A stretch of 64,000 bases of DNA, taken from assembly GCA_030324005.1 (NCBI GenBank), contig JARDVH010000154.1, positions 3,950,312 through 4,014,311 on the forward strand. The letters are read 5' to 3'. The notes under the pieces were generated by a model, which did not search any database, was not told where the DNA came from, and saw nothing but the letters and a program-made list of their open reading frames with translations. Of the stretch, positions 11,770-24,207 are shown piece after piece. The position numbers and the translations under genes were made by a program. Every line of letters begins with the position of its first letter. Within the stretch, counting starts at the first letter, position 1. Origin of the DNA: Negaprion brevirostris. Taxonomy: Eukaryota.

Positions 11770-13955
11770 CTTGGGATTTAATGGCAAAAATCATTAAATG
11801 GCTGTAGAGGTAATGGATGCATTAGTGGTCATCTTCCAAAATTCTATAAATTCTGGAACAGTTCTTGCAGATTGGAAAATAGCAAATGTAATCTTGTTAT
11901 TTATGAAAGGATGGAGAGAGTAAATGGAGATCTATAGACCTGTTAGACTGGCACCAGTAGCAGGGAAAGTATGAGAATCTATTATAAAAGATGTGATAAC
12001 TGGACACATAGAAAATAATGGTGGCATTGGGCAGTGTCAACTTGGATTTATAAAAAGGCAATCATGTTTGACAAACCTGTTAGTAATTTTGAGGATGTAA
12101 CTAGCAGAATAGATAATCAGGAACCAGTGAATGTGGTGTAAAGGGATGTATAAGATGATGAATGGGATGGATAGGGTAGAGGTAGAGAGATTCTTCCTGC
12201 TCAGAAAGGACAGTAGGACTAGGGGGCACAGCCTCAAGATAAGGGGGGGGTGCAGTTTAGATCAGAGTTGAGGAGGAACTTCTTCACTCAAAGGGTGGTG
12301 NNNNNNNNNNNNNNNNNNNNNNNNNNNNNNNNNNNNNNNNNNNNNNNNNNNNNNNNNNNNNNNNNNNNNNNNNNNNNNNNNNNNNNNNNNNNNNNNNNNN
12401 TGAATGGCGGGGCAGGCTCGAAGGGCTAGATGGCCGACTCCTGCTCCTATTTCTTATGTTCTTATGTTCTTATGTATTTGGATTTTCAGAAGCTTTTGAA
12501 CAGGCTTACATAGGAGGTTAGTAAGTAAAAAAGGAACACGTGGGATTGGGGATAATATACTGGCAAGATAGAAGAACTGGTTACTGGACAAAAAAAGACG
12601 ATAGGGAAAAAGAGTCATTATCAGATTGGCAGTCTGTGACTGGTTGGCTAGCACAAGGATCAATGCTTGGGCCCCAGTTATTCGCAATGTTTATCAATGA
12701 TTAGGATGTCGGGACCAAATGTAATATTTCAATGTTTGCTAAAACTAGGTGAGAATGTGAGTTGTGAAAAGATGCAAGGATGCTTCAAGGAGGCTTAGAC
12801 ATATCATTTGAGTGGCCAAAAACATAGCAGATGGAATGTAATGTGGAAAAATGTGAAGTTATCCACTTTGGCAGGAAATAAGAAGTACAGAGTATTTCTT
12901 AAATGGAGAGAGATTGGGAAATATTGATATCCATAGAGACCTGGATGTCCTTGTTCTTAAGTCCCTGAAAAGTAACATACAGGTGCAGCAGGTAATTAGG
13001 TAGACAAATGGTTTGTTGACTTTTTTGCAAATGGATTTGAGTATCAGGGTAAAGGAGCCTTGCTTCAATTATATAGAGTCTTGGAAACCAGAGTATTCTG
13101 TACAGTTTTCATCTCTTTACCTAAGGAAAGATATATTTTTCTGACAACGAATGCAACAATGATAACCTGATTGTGTTGTGGAGAGATTGAGGGCACTGGG
13201 TCTATATTCTCTAGAGTTCAAAAGAATGAGAGATAATCTCATTGAAACATTCAAAGTTCTTTGGAAAAAGATCATAGAATCACAGAATCATAGAATGCCT
13301 ACAGTGCAGAAGGAGGCCATTTGGCCCACTGAGTCTACATTGACAACAATCCCCCCAGACCCTATCCCCATAACCCTAATAATTTACCTTACTAACACCC
13401 TGACACTAAGGGACAATTTAGCATAGCCAATCAGCCTAACCAGCATATCTTTTGGACTGTGGGAGGAAACCAGAGCACCTGGAGGAAACCCATGCAGACA
13501 TGGGGCAAACATGCAGTCTCCACACAGAGAATGACCCAAGTTAGGAATCAAATTCAGCTTCCTGGCGCTGCGCGGTAGCAGTGTTNNNCACTGTGCCACG
13601 ATGCTGCCCTAGGATGCAGGAAGGATGTTCCCCGGTTGTGAGGTGTAGAACCAGGGAGAACAGTCTCAGAATAAGAGCTGGGCCAAATGTGGACTGAGAG
13701 GAATGGTGGGACAAAGGGGTGGGGTGGTGAGGGAGTTGAATTTCTTCATTCAAAGGGAGGAGACCTCTGAAATTCTCAGTCATTGAGAATCTTCAAGAGA
13801 GAGACAAACAGATTCCTTGATATTAAATATGCAAAGGATGTGGGGACACTGAGGAAAAGTGGTGTTGAAGTAGAAGATCAGCCACAGTGTAGTTCAATGG
13901 CAGAGCAGGTTCAAGCGGCTGAATGGCATACCTCCACTTCTAGTTTCTATGTTCC
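11770..13955 (+). mobile_element. Decayed CR1-type LINE (RT region to 3' tail) with nested insertions
   Basis: RT-like remnants (ERLRALGLYSLEFKRMRDNLIETFKV; IFKRETNRFLDIK). A nested CR1 3' piece at 12141-12474 ends in (ttcttatg)n, and a V-SINE is also nested. Confidence 0.75.
13272..13610 (-). mobile_element. V-SINE (HE1-like)
   Basis: V-domain gtgggaggaaaccagagcacctggaggaaacccatgcagacatgggg, tRNA-like head at the right end and a CR1-like (atagaatc)n tail at the left end. Confidence 0.75.
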
Positions 13956-14589
13956 TAAATTGGAATCTAACAGAGGAGTTCAAGTGATTTATATATAAAG
14001 AATTATAGGAGTAACAGGAGTTACTGTTGTGGTTGACATTTGGTAATTTCTTTAATATTCTGCCTATGTAAAGTTAGGAATTTCCTACCTGATACAGAAA
14101 GCCTTCGTACTGCAGCGCACTTATATTGCCAAAGTATTAGATCACTGCGTTAGTGATAAGAATCGTGTGACTGCATGTATATTCATAATGAGTGTCACAT
14201 TTAGATGGTTTAATTATGGCTTCTTTAAATCTCTGTAAGTGTTATGCTTAGAGCTATTACTGGTTTAATGATTTATATGATTCAGTGTTGTCTTTGTTGA
14301 GCAGGTAGCAGTTTGAAGTCTGTATTTGCTTTTGCAACATTGGCCAGTGGCACCCCTGCTTAATACAGACATCATTGCACTGCCCTGCAGTCACACAAAG
14401 CAGAACGCCCTGCACATAAGTTTAAACAGATGCAGAAAGCTGNNNNNNNNNNNNNNNNNNNNNNNNNNNNNNNNNNNNNNNNNNNNNNNNNNNNNNNNNN
14501 NNNNNNNNNNNNNNNNNNNNNNNNNNNNNNNNNNNNNNNNNNCAATCAGTGCAAATGGAATTTATAGTGCCGGTCCTGTAAAAAGAAAG

Positions 14590-15030
14590 GGCAGGATATA
14601 AATTCCATTTACACAGCACATTTCACAACCTCAGGATGTCCCAAAACAATTTGTAGCTCATGAAGTGTTAAATTGTAGCTGCTGTTGTAATGTGGGAAAA
14701 ACGCTAGCTAATATTGCACACAGCAAGATCCCGCAAATGACAAGTGTTGATGACCAGATCATCTATTTCATTGACGTTGCTTGAGGCTTAACAGGACACC
14801 TGGCAGAATTTCTTTACTCTTCTTTGTGTTTCAGCAGGTAATGTTCTCACCTCTGAGTCAGAAGGTTATGGGTTCAGGTCCTACTCCAGAGTATGATCTG
14901 GGCTGATACTGAAGAGCTGTACTGTCAAAAGTGCTGGCATTTGGGTGAAATGTTAAATAAGGCGCCATCTACCCTCTCAGTAGATGAAAAAGATCCAGTG
15001 GCACTGTTCGAAGAACAGCTACTTCTCTTT
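14590..15030. mobile_element. Two DeuSINE-like fragments in opposite orientation
   Basis: 14836-15030 repeats the head and Deu-like body seen at 8375; 14590-14825 is the reverse complement of the same family's 3' half. Confidence 0.5.
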
Positions 15031-15519
15031 GCTTTCAAGGTAATGCCNNNNNNNNNNNNNNNNNNNNNNNNNNNNNNNNNNNNNNNNNNNNNNNNNNNNN
15101 NNNNNNNNNNNNNNNNNNNNNNNNNNNNNNNNNNNNNNNNNNNNNNNNNNNNNNNNNNNNNNNNNNNNNNNNNNNNNNNNNNNNNNNNNNNNNNNNNNNN
15201 NNNNNNNNNNNNNNNNNNNNNNNNNNNNNNNNNNNNNNNNNNNNNNNNNNNNNNNNNNNNNNNNNNNNNNNNNNNNNNNNNNNNNNNNNNNNNNNNNNNN
15301 NNNNNNNNNNNNNNNNNNNNNNNNNNNNNNNNNNNNNNNNNNNNNNNNNNNNNNNNNNNNNNNNNNNNNNNNNNNNNNNNNNNNNNNNNNNNNNNNNNNN
15401 NNNNNNNNNNNNNNNNNNNNNNNNNNNNNNNNNNNNNNNNNNNNNNNNNNNNNNNNNNNNNNNNNNNNNNNNNNNNNNNNNNNNNNNNNNNNNNNNNNNN
15501 NNNNNNNNNNNNNNNNNNN

Positions 15520-16350
15520 TGCCGTTCCACCAATCTTGGTGTCATCAGCAAATTTCGACACCATACACTCAGTTCCCTCCTCCAGATCATCTATATCAAT
15601 GGTAAATAGCCTGAAAATTTAGAAAGAACTTTGTGTAAATCCAGTCTCATTGAGCAGCAATGGAGTTTGAGAGGGTAGACACAGAGAAGATGTTTCCACT
15701 TGTGGAGGAGTCCAAAATTAGGAGCCACTATATAAGGTATTAATTCATAATCACCATAAGTCATAGATGCATTGTAGAAGAAGTTAGTTGATCCCGTGAG
15801 GAAGAAAGGGTATTCCATTAGGGTGAGATAAAAGAGGGTGAAAGGAGACATGTGTGGAGAATAAACACTAGCATAGACCAGCTGGGTGAAATGCCCTGGT
15901 TCTATGTTGTGAAGTATATAATTCTATGTATATCACGAAACGTTTATCTGTATTAGCAACTTGAGATTTATCTAATTGACACAACAATTCATAGTCCATC
16001 ATGGTGGCTGTATTGAGAAGTTGAATTCAGTCTTTTAAAAACATCAGAAAATAACAACCTGACATCAGGAACAATGACCCTGAAGCTGCTGAATTGTCAT
16101 ATAAATCTGATTGGTTCATTGGTGTCCGTTAGGGGATGAGACATACTGTTATTCCCTAGTCTGGGCTACATGTGACTCCAGTCATACACCAATGTCGCTG
16201 ATTCTAACTGCCTTCTGAAATGGCCTAGTAAGCCTTGGATAATGTATCAAACCAGAAGTGCAGCCTCTCAAGAAGGCAATCTACAACCTCCCTAGGGCAG
16301 ATGGGCAATAAATGATGGCAATGCCAACCATGTCCATTTTCTGAGAATAA
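15520..16350. mobile_element. CR1 fragments followed by a family-A SINE
   Basis: The minus-strand translation SKFADDTKIGG at 15520-15560 is the CR1 RT catalytic motif. A CR1 3' piece runs to about 15930 and a SINE-A core and tail span 15965-16350. Confidence 0.6.
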
Positions 16351-19300
16351 ATGTAATAAGCAGCCTTTGAACGGTCAGAGATTGTTTCAATATTGCCAGC
16401 CAACATAAACGTTTGGACCCCTTGCTCAGTTAGATTACTGCCTCAAATACACAACCTCCCTAAATTTTGCGGATTTTTAGCCAAGGTAGTGATTTAACCA
16501 GAACATGTTATTGACTCAACCCAAAGTAATCAGGGATGTATTCAATCCCATTACATGGGCCTCGCATTCTTTATTCCGTAATTAACCTCTTTGCTGACAT
16601 CATTAGTGCAGTATTACCAGGAAGTCATCTGCTGTATATTACTGGGAAATTCTAACCCCCCTATATGTTATAACGGATTGCGTGATATTGTAATAAATAT
16701 TAGTCCCATTACTTAAGGAAGGTCGCGACATTAATTTCTCAGAACCCTAATTGGTAATCAAGAAATAGATTAAATTCGTGCAAATATAATTTCTGGCTCG
16801 TTATCAAGAATCATCGATTGTCGAAGAAAAAGGTTTATTTTCTGAAGTTGATTCTAGATTTCTATTTTGCTGATAAAGCTCAATAAAGTGAATTGACTTA
16901 ATCTCTTGCTGGCTTTCAGTCTCTCCTCTTGCAAGTGCCTGATGTGGTTTTAATAATGTGCACACACGCCCAGAGTGCACAGCCTCCAAATACGCTGTGA
17001 ATCACCATCTGTTTTCTTTCAAATAGATTTTACTGAACTCAGATATTTACACAGTGATAACCTTTCAACCCAACACGTCCATAAAAGGATTGTATTGTAT
17101 TTTCACTTCGATAAAAGAAACAATACCCCAAGAATAGTTTTGGAGCCAGAGGCAGGTCCGTCACAGACATAGAACCCGGACACATACTGAGATTTGAGTT
17201 TCTCTTTAAAGTCTTATTGTCATTTTACTGTGTTCTTACATATTTTTGATATGTGAATCGTTTGAAACCCGATGTAGACATTCTGCTACTTCGTTGGTCC
17301 TGTAACCGAGGGTTCTGCCATGCAAAAATATTCATTTTGTCAGCAGTTTAACATTTATATTTTTCATCATGCGTTGAACTTTTCGTTGTGTTTTCTAAGG
17401 CGATCAAGGTCGAAGTCAGAATCAAGCGCTTCAAGACTGTCACAAGATTTATTCTTGAATAGACACACACACTAAACATTTATAACCTTCGGATGTNNNN
17501 NNNNNNATATCAGCTCATGACACCGTCTTTTCCCAGCATTAACAGTGATTAATTTCCTGCTTTTTTTGCTGTCTCTGTCGATGTTCATTGAATCTCGTGT
17601 TCTGCACCTGTAAGGTCACTGTCAACGGCTCATGAAAATCCGACCTCTTCTCGTTACTTGTAGATCAATGGGTTAAACCCTCTGCCAAGCGTTTGACAAC
17701 TTGGAGATGGTCCCTAAGGTTTGGGGGGGTAGCTAAGTGAAATATTATGCTATGACACTCGATATGTAACATTAACAGGATCCAGTTTATTTCCGTAATT
17801 CTTGCACGACGTTCTGTTCCACACTATTACATATTTTTCATGATAAATCTTTCTTGGCTCTGTCATTTTACAATTGAGATCATCTAGCTAGATCATCAGT
17901 GACGCCCAATACCTAGATATTGTAAAGTTAAGCCAATCTCAGTGAAGATGGTAGAAATGTAGGACAAACTTTTCCAAGTGTAATAATTAAAAGTTGTAAT
18001 GCAGAGAAAACTGCTGTTTCAGCAGCCATGTACACCAAGGCAGATAGTAAGTGTGGTTGAGATAGCTATTTATATTCATTTAAACGTTAGAATGCATAAA
18101 AGATACATAAATAACATGATTATTTGTATAGGAATGTATCAATGGATAAAATAAAACATATCCATTATCTTGTAGTCTGCAGCTGTATCTATCCGAGGGT
18201 TGTACATAAATATTACCTACATATTTATATCTGCTTTTGTATATCTGGAGATTTCTATTTGTCTCTAATTTGTAAATGTTCCAATACTTAATGGCGATGG
18301 TTTACCGAAAACTTACTTAAGAAAGGCGAATTGTGCAAAAAGATCAAAGTGTTACTGTCACTGGTTGCCTTGATACGGGGGACAATCGGAGTCAGATCAC
18401 TTTCAGATTAACAAACCAGAAATTACTACCTCACTGGTGCTCCAGTATTGCTGCTAAATATGCCAAGGTTGCGACGATTAACATGACTTTGGAAAATCTG
18501 GGAAAATTTAAACAATTAAACGTTGAACGCCGTCATCAGGACCAATAGTAGCAGGGATGAGATAACCTCACTGGACCTCTGATAGACGATAAAACAGCGC
18601 AGAATTAATTTTGCTTGGATTTGCTAGAGCTTTGCTTGTATGAAATGCGACTGACTATACATGGGATGATTATTTACCAAACATACATGTTTTCTCGTTG
18701 TATTCGGGGTGAAAGATTGCTTTGTTAATGAAAACAGTGGAGAATAGTGATAGTGTGGTATATAAATGAGCCTTCAAATGTAGAGTTAAAGCTAAACTCG
18801 CTTCCCATCATTGCCCAGAGCCCCTGACACGGAACATAGTACATGGTGTCAACGTCTCCTGAGGAAACTATTCACCTTTTTAAGGCCTGTCAATATATTG
18901 GCTATTGTTTAAACCTTCCGTTACTAATTTTAGTAGGATGGAGACTAGGATACATGCAGCAAGGCTATATTAGGAAATAGACATTAATTCAACCTCAAAA
19001 CTAGAGTGAGNNNNNNNNNNNNNNNNNNNNNNNNNNNCCCTGTTTGTTATAACATGCAATAGGTTCTGAAGTTAGAATCGAAAACGAATACAAGTTTCAA
19101 GGCTGTCATTGGCAATATCTGTACCTGGTGCCAAAAACTCAGGCAACGCTCTCTGCTTCGAATTGTCCTAATATATGTTTGCCAGACATGAGTCCCACTG
19201 GTGAGAATAGAAATAGCACTATCCACTCTCCCATAGTGTACATATCAGAATAGGTTCAATTTCAATCAGATTCCATAAGTACAATATATACCGTTAAGGA

Positions 19301-21564
19301 AACGAAACTTAAATGTTCCCAAAATAATTAGGAAAAATACATGCTAAAAAGGTACTACATTTTTATTGTTCTCTACCTCTAGGTTGATCAGGAAATTTGA
19401 GAATAAACTAAAATGTTTGAAATGAAGCCTTCCATTTTCCACCTATTCCATTATTCCTGTGTTCACTTGATGATTTATTTCTAACAACATTTATTCATCT
19501 TCCACTCACTGGAGAGCGACTTCCTTCTGGTTTTCAAATACAAAAATGTGTAATAATTTGATGTTTAATTTCTTGCCTTGAAAAGGCCTTTTGATGAGGG
19601 AAACCGTGCGAGGTTTGTGTGTATATGTATATAAAGTATCAAAACTTAAACTCTCGACAAGACCACCTGCACGTTTAGTGTATTTGGGGCCAGTGGCTTT
19701 CGCTAACCACACATTTCAGTGTGAATGCCTTTATATAAATAACATACATTGATTTATAATTCCTTTTGTGCTGTAAGTCATGCGTTTGCGTCAGTCTGTA
19801 ATACTTTGAGAAAAGATTTGGATCATTTTTTTCAAAAAAAGTTGAACATTTTAGGATGTTCTCTTTGTCGCAGCATTTCAGATTGAGTGTAAACATTTAT
19901 CGACTACGTTAGCAACTGGAAGAACGCAATTAGATAGAAGCAAATTTACTAAAAATCATTCTAAAGTTGTTTTATCAAATAGCCCTTTTTGGCGTAGGTA
20001 CTGATGTGAGACATTAGGATTCTCTACATAATATCCAGTGCTGAATTAGACCAATTTAAGACTGTTGATTACAGACGATAAAGACTTACGTATTTTTAAA
20101 TGAATATATCAGCTGCTTCAAAAATAAGATTAGAGCGCATCTCGAATTATGGATTTGATCATATTGCACATGTAATTTTAGTATTAAGTTTGAGTTCCTC
20201 GCTCTCGCCGTTAAGTTTTGGAATATGAAATACAATATTAACTTTGGAATTCAAGACTTACAATATATCTGCTAAATATCAGAGTGATAGGATTCGAGTT
20301 ATCTTTGTGGGATATATGATTGCAGGCGAGCATTGCATTCGGGTTTTATATGGGATGTGTTCGGTGGGACATATTTATGGGATGTCGGATTCTGAGTACA
20401 ATGGGGACTATGGATGTTTGGATATTCTTTCGATCCACCGCTCCGGTAGGGAAATGTTATGCCACAATCGGTGCAGGTGTTCCCAATTTTGACTACCAGC
20501 ACCGGGGTTTATCAGTTTCTGTTCCCCAAGCTCACATCATAGCAAGAGGGCGATCTGACAAGTAGAAACGGAGATCGCCACATTATACTGCTTACGAGTT
20601 AGGAATTTTCGTCGCTGCGATCAATTTCAAATGACCAACAGATCTTGATTTCCACAGTGCTCTGTCAGTTATTGGATTTGTACTTTAGGCAAAGTGTACA
20701 CTTCCCTCGAAATTTATCTAATTCTTTAAACTCTCCTTCACTTTCCTTTTATGTACTAATAAAGAGAGAAGTTATGTAGGGATCGCCACCCATTAAGAGA
20801 TAGGATGTAAATGTATATCTATTTATCAATTTTTATGAGCTTGTGGAAATCTCGGATAATCGAGGATTTTCAATCAGTGTAATTTATGTATTTGTCTATT
20901 TATTTGCCCAGCAACATTCCGAGGAAGTTCCTTGGACATATGTTTTGTAAGGAATAATAAAATATGGTTTGAGTGATGTATCTGTAGAATTTCTTGACCA
21001 GCTCTTGTTGACAGGGTACTTTAGTCGGGAATGCAATAAGACCTCCTTCCGGAGGCGCTTGTTTGTTTATGCGAGTTTCTATGCAAATAACGGTGGTGGG
21101 AGCAATCGGACTCCGAGGTGAGAGATATGAACTGGATGGTTCTCCTCGGGCACGCTGCATCCCTAACACATAGTTCCTGACAACGGGTGCAAGGGTTGCA
21201 GACAGTTTGAAGTATTTAGATTCCTTATCTGCAGTGTACACGAAGATTGGAATTAAAACGAATTAATAATGATTCAGAGGGATTACGAAGTAAAAAATAA
21301 CTTCCAGTGCAAAAATAGCAAACCCTATGTTCCACGTTACATCGCAAAGGGTGTTAGCAAACTGTGCCAATCCATATTATATACGTACATTCACCTATTC
21401 ATATGCAATGTGTTTGCCTGTATATATAATATATAAAATTAAATGCACAATATTTGCAAAATATATATGCATATTCATATTTGTGTATAGTAGTTATGTA
21501 TATATACATATAAGGTGTGAGGAAACTTATGGAGTAGAAACAGCGGCATTGACCATTTCGGCTT

Positions 21565-21880
21565 TATTGTACAGAGATCGGCTATTCGGTCCAACTGGTC
21601 AATGCCAGTATTTATGCTTCACAGAGCCCTCTTTTCACCTTCCATCACCACCCCAATCGAAGTATCCTTATATTTTCCTCCCTCGTGTTCATATCTCAAA
21701 TATGTTTTCCCTTAAAATGTTCTCCCTCAAATGTATTTATACGATTTGCCTCAACCGTTCCCTATTCACACCTCTCTCTGGGTAAAGGTGTTTTTCTGAA
21801 TTTCCTATTGGTCTTACTGGTGACTATCTTATATTTATGGCCCCGAGGTCTTTCACCCCTTAAGCGAAAACAAGTTTTAT
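21565..21880 (-). mobile_element. Old CR1 3' fragment
   Basis: ggctattcggtccaactggtcaatgccagtatttatgcttcaca... resembles the CR1 tails elsewhere in the window. Confidence 0.45.
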
Positions 21881-21948
21881 GTTGTGATAATCTGAGCAAT
21901 TCAATGGTTTAGATATACAAAACTTTTCTCACCTAATATATTACGCAC

Positions 21949-21990
21949 ATAGATAGATAGGTAGGTAAGTATATAGGTAGATAGATAGAT
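21949..21990. repeat. Imperfect (AGAT)n microsatellite
   Basis: atagatagataggtaggtaagtatataggtagatagatagat. Confidence 0.7.
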
Positions 21991-23451
21991 TTAATTATTT
22001 TTAGGAGAATGTTTCTGAACATTTATCCGTTTGACAAGAACATTGATTAAGGGAAATCATATTAATATTTTAAGAAAAAGTTCCCCAACAAAATATATAC
22101 GTGTTTATGGTTCTAACCTTCTTGGTAGTTTTTGAAATACTCCCATGTGGTACCTTAACCCCAAACACTGAGCATTAAAGAAATGCTTCTTATATTTTTC
22201 AAATAAAATAATCGACTTCCTATAAATGTATGACTACGAGTTTTCTATATACACGGGATAATGCCTCGCAACTGAGACATAACGCTGAAGTTAGGTTAAA
22301 AGCTGCCTCAATTAATGAACGGAAACTTTTAAAATTGTTTTAATTTGATTTTTTTCCCCTGGACCTGACTGTTGATAGAGGCGGAGAGATTTGATTTCGC
22401 CGTTGTTGTCAGATATTTCCGGGAAAAAATCCTCTCGGCCTAATTTTAACTATTATACTTTTAACAAAAACGGGATGAATTAGATTCTGGCCAGAATTTG
22501 CGACAGGCTGGGCCTTTTCACGTATCCTTGAAAGAAGTTCCACTGGTGCTCGTGTTTCTTAAAAGAAAATAGTCATCATTTGTGATAAATAATGCTTAAG
22601 TTTCAGTTTCTGTAGCAATTTCCTTTCTCTTCCTGTTTTTCATAATGTAATGAATAAGAATTTATAGCTGTAATAATACGTTGCTGGAACAGTCCATCGC
22701 CGCGGTGTTATTACCGTTACGTCTTGTTTCACTGATAGATGAGAACTAAGCTTTTGTGACCCCGATACAAAAAAATAAGCCAAATGAGAACATTCATTAA
22801 TGCAATAAAGATTCATCTGAGGCAGACTTTGCTACGAATATTTTAGCATCGTGGTGCTGAGTTAAATCAAATATTGATGGATTTTGATATAATAGTTGGT
22901 AATGTTTAAATAATTAAACTGATTGCGCCACACATAAAACAACGAAATACTTGGAAATATGGAAAGAAAGCATTTGGAAACTTCAATAATTAGCTTCCAC
23001 ACCTCCCATTATTTTTTAAAGTGTCTGCCTTTGCAACTCCATGATCAATCTACTTCATACCAAATAAACCATCAGTTTGTGTAAGTGATCAGATTTTTAT
23101 AAGGTCACGTTTTTATTAGGATGCTAATATCCCTATCTCCATAACCTCAGTTTGCGACAGGCGTGGCCAACGCCATCCATAAACTGCCATTAACTATTCA
23201 TATATGCAGTGTAGATGCGACCTTTGACCTTCCCAAATCTAAATGAGTTGCTATATACCCTTTATCTTAACACTTCCACATTGTACGAAATAATTCTAAC
23301 GCTGGTTTGAAAAAAAGGCGAATTTTTGCCTTAAAACCTGGGACGACAGGGAGAGAAGAGAGAACTTCCATCTAGTCCAAAGTTGACCCTAACCAAGGAG
23401 CTTACGAGCGCTTAATCAACAGTGACCCAGACTACTGAATTAATTTCGGCG

Positions 23452-23468
23452 TGAACTCTCCGTGAACC
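23452..23468 (-). promoter_or_regulatory. HoxB1 3' DR5 retinoic acid response element (gut-type enhancer)
   Basis: GGTTCA-cggag-AGTTCA about 4.7 kb 3' of HoxB1, distal to the DR2. Same half-sites and order as the mammalian Hoxb1 3' DR5. Confidence 0.82.
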
Positions 23469-24141
23469 AAAGACTAGTGAAGGAGAGCTGACTTCTTGTG
23501 GCTGGCCCTCGGCAAACCTTTCAGCCTGAGTAAATATTGAACGAGTCCAGCTGATGGCCGAAATGAAATGGTCCTGTCAGGCAAAAGTAAACTTAAAGGG
23601 GATATACCCAAATGAGCTGAAAATTATCCAGCCACTTCCTCATTGTTTTCCATTCAGGTCAAACTCTCCTTCACCTGCCTGCTGAGTAAAGATACACAGA
23701 GGTGATCAGTAATTAAATGGAGAAGGGACAAGTTGCTGTCAAATGCACCTTCACATTCTCAGTACACTTTAAAACCTTAACCGAAAAACACAGGAAACAA
23801 CTGATGATAAAACAACATTCTTCACAAGTTAATAACTTGCACATATGCATACTCAAAAGTTTAATTCCTGTCGTTTTTCAGGGAAGTGAAAATTAGATAA
23901 GACGCCGACCTGATCCGACTTTCTAAATAACTGATCTGATTTGGAAGCGGCCAGGGTATTTTAATAAGATAGAAAGTGAATTGAATCGGATTAGCAACTG
24001 TGCTCTGGACAATTCAGAAATCATGTCCCATACACCAGGGGGAGGGTCAGTCTCCATTTGGGAACTTCAAAAGTGAGCTTCCCCCACCCCTCCCCGTAAT
24101 TCGTATATAATTCCCCTCTCTGCTACTGCGCAAGCTGTAGT

Positions 24142-24207
24142 ACAGCAAGAAGTCTCACAACACCTTCTTACTGTGATTACCCCAGTCCAACACCGGCATC
24201 TCCACAT
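24142..24207. mobile_element. Internally deleted palindromic Penelope-like element
   Basis: Shares both ends with the 37935 element; TSD caagctgtagt (24131-24141) / caagttgtagt (24208-24218). Confidence 0.7.
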
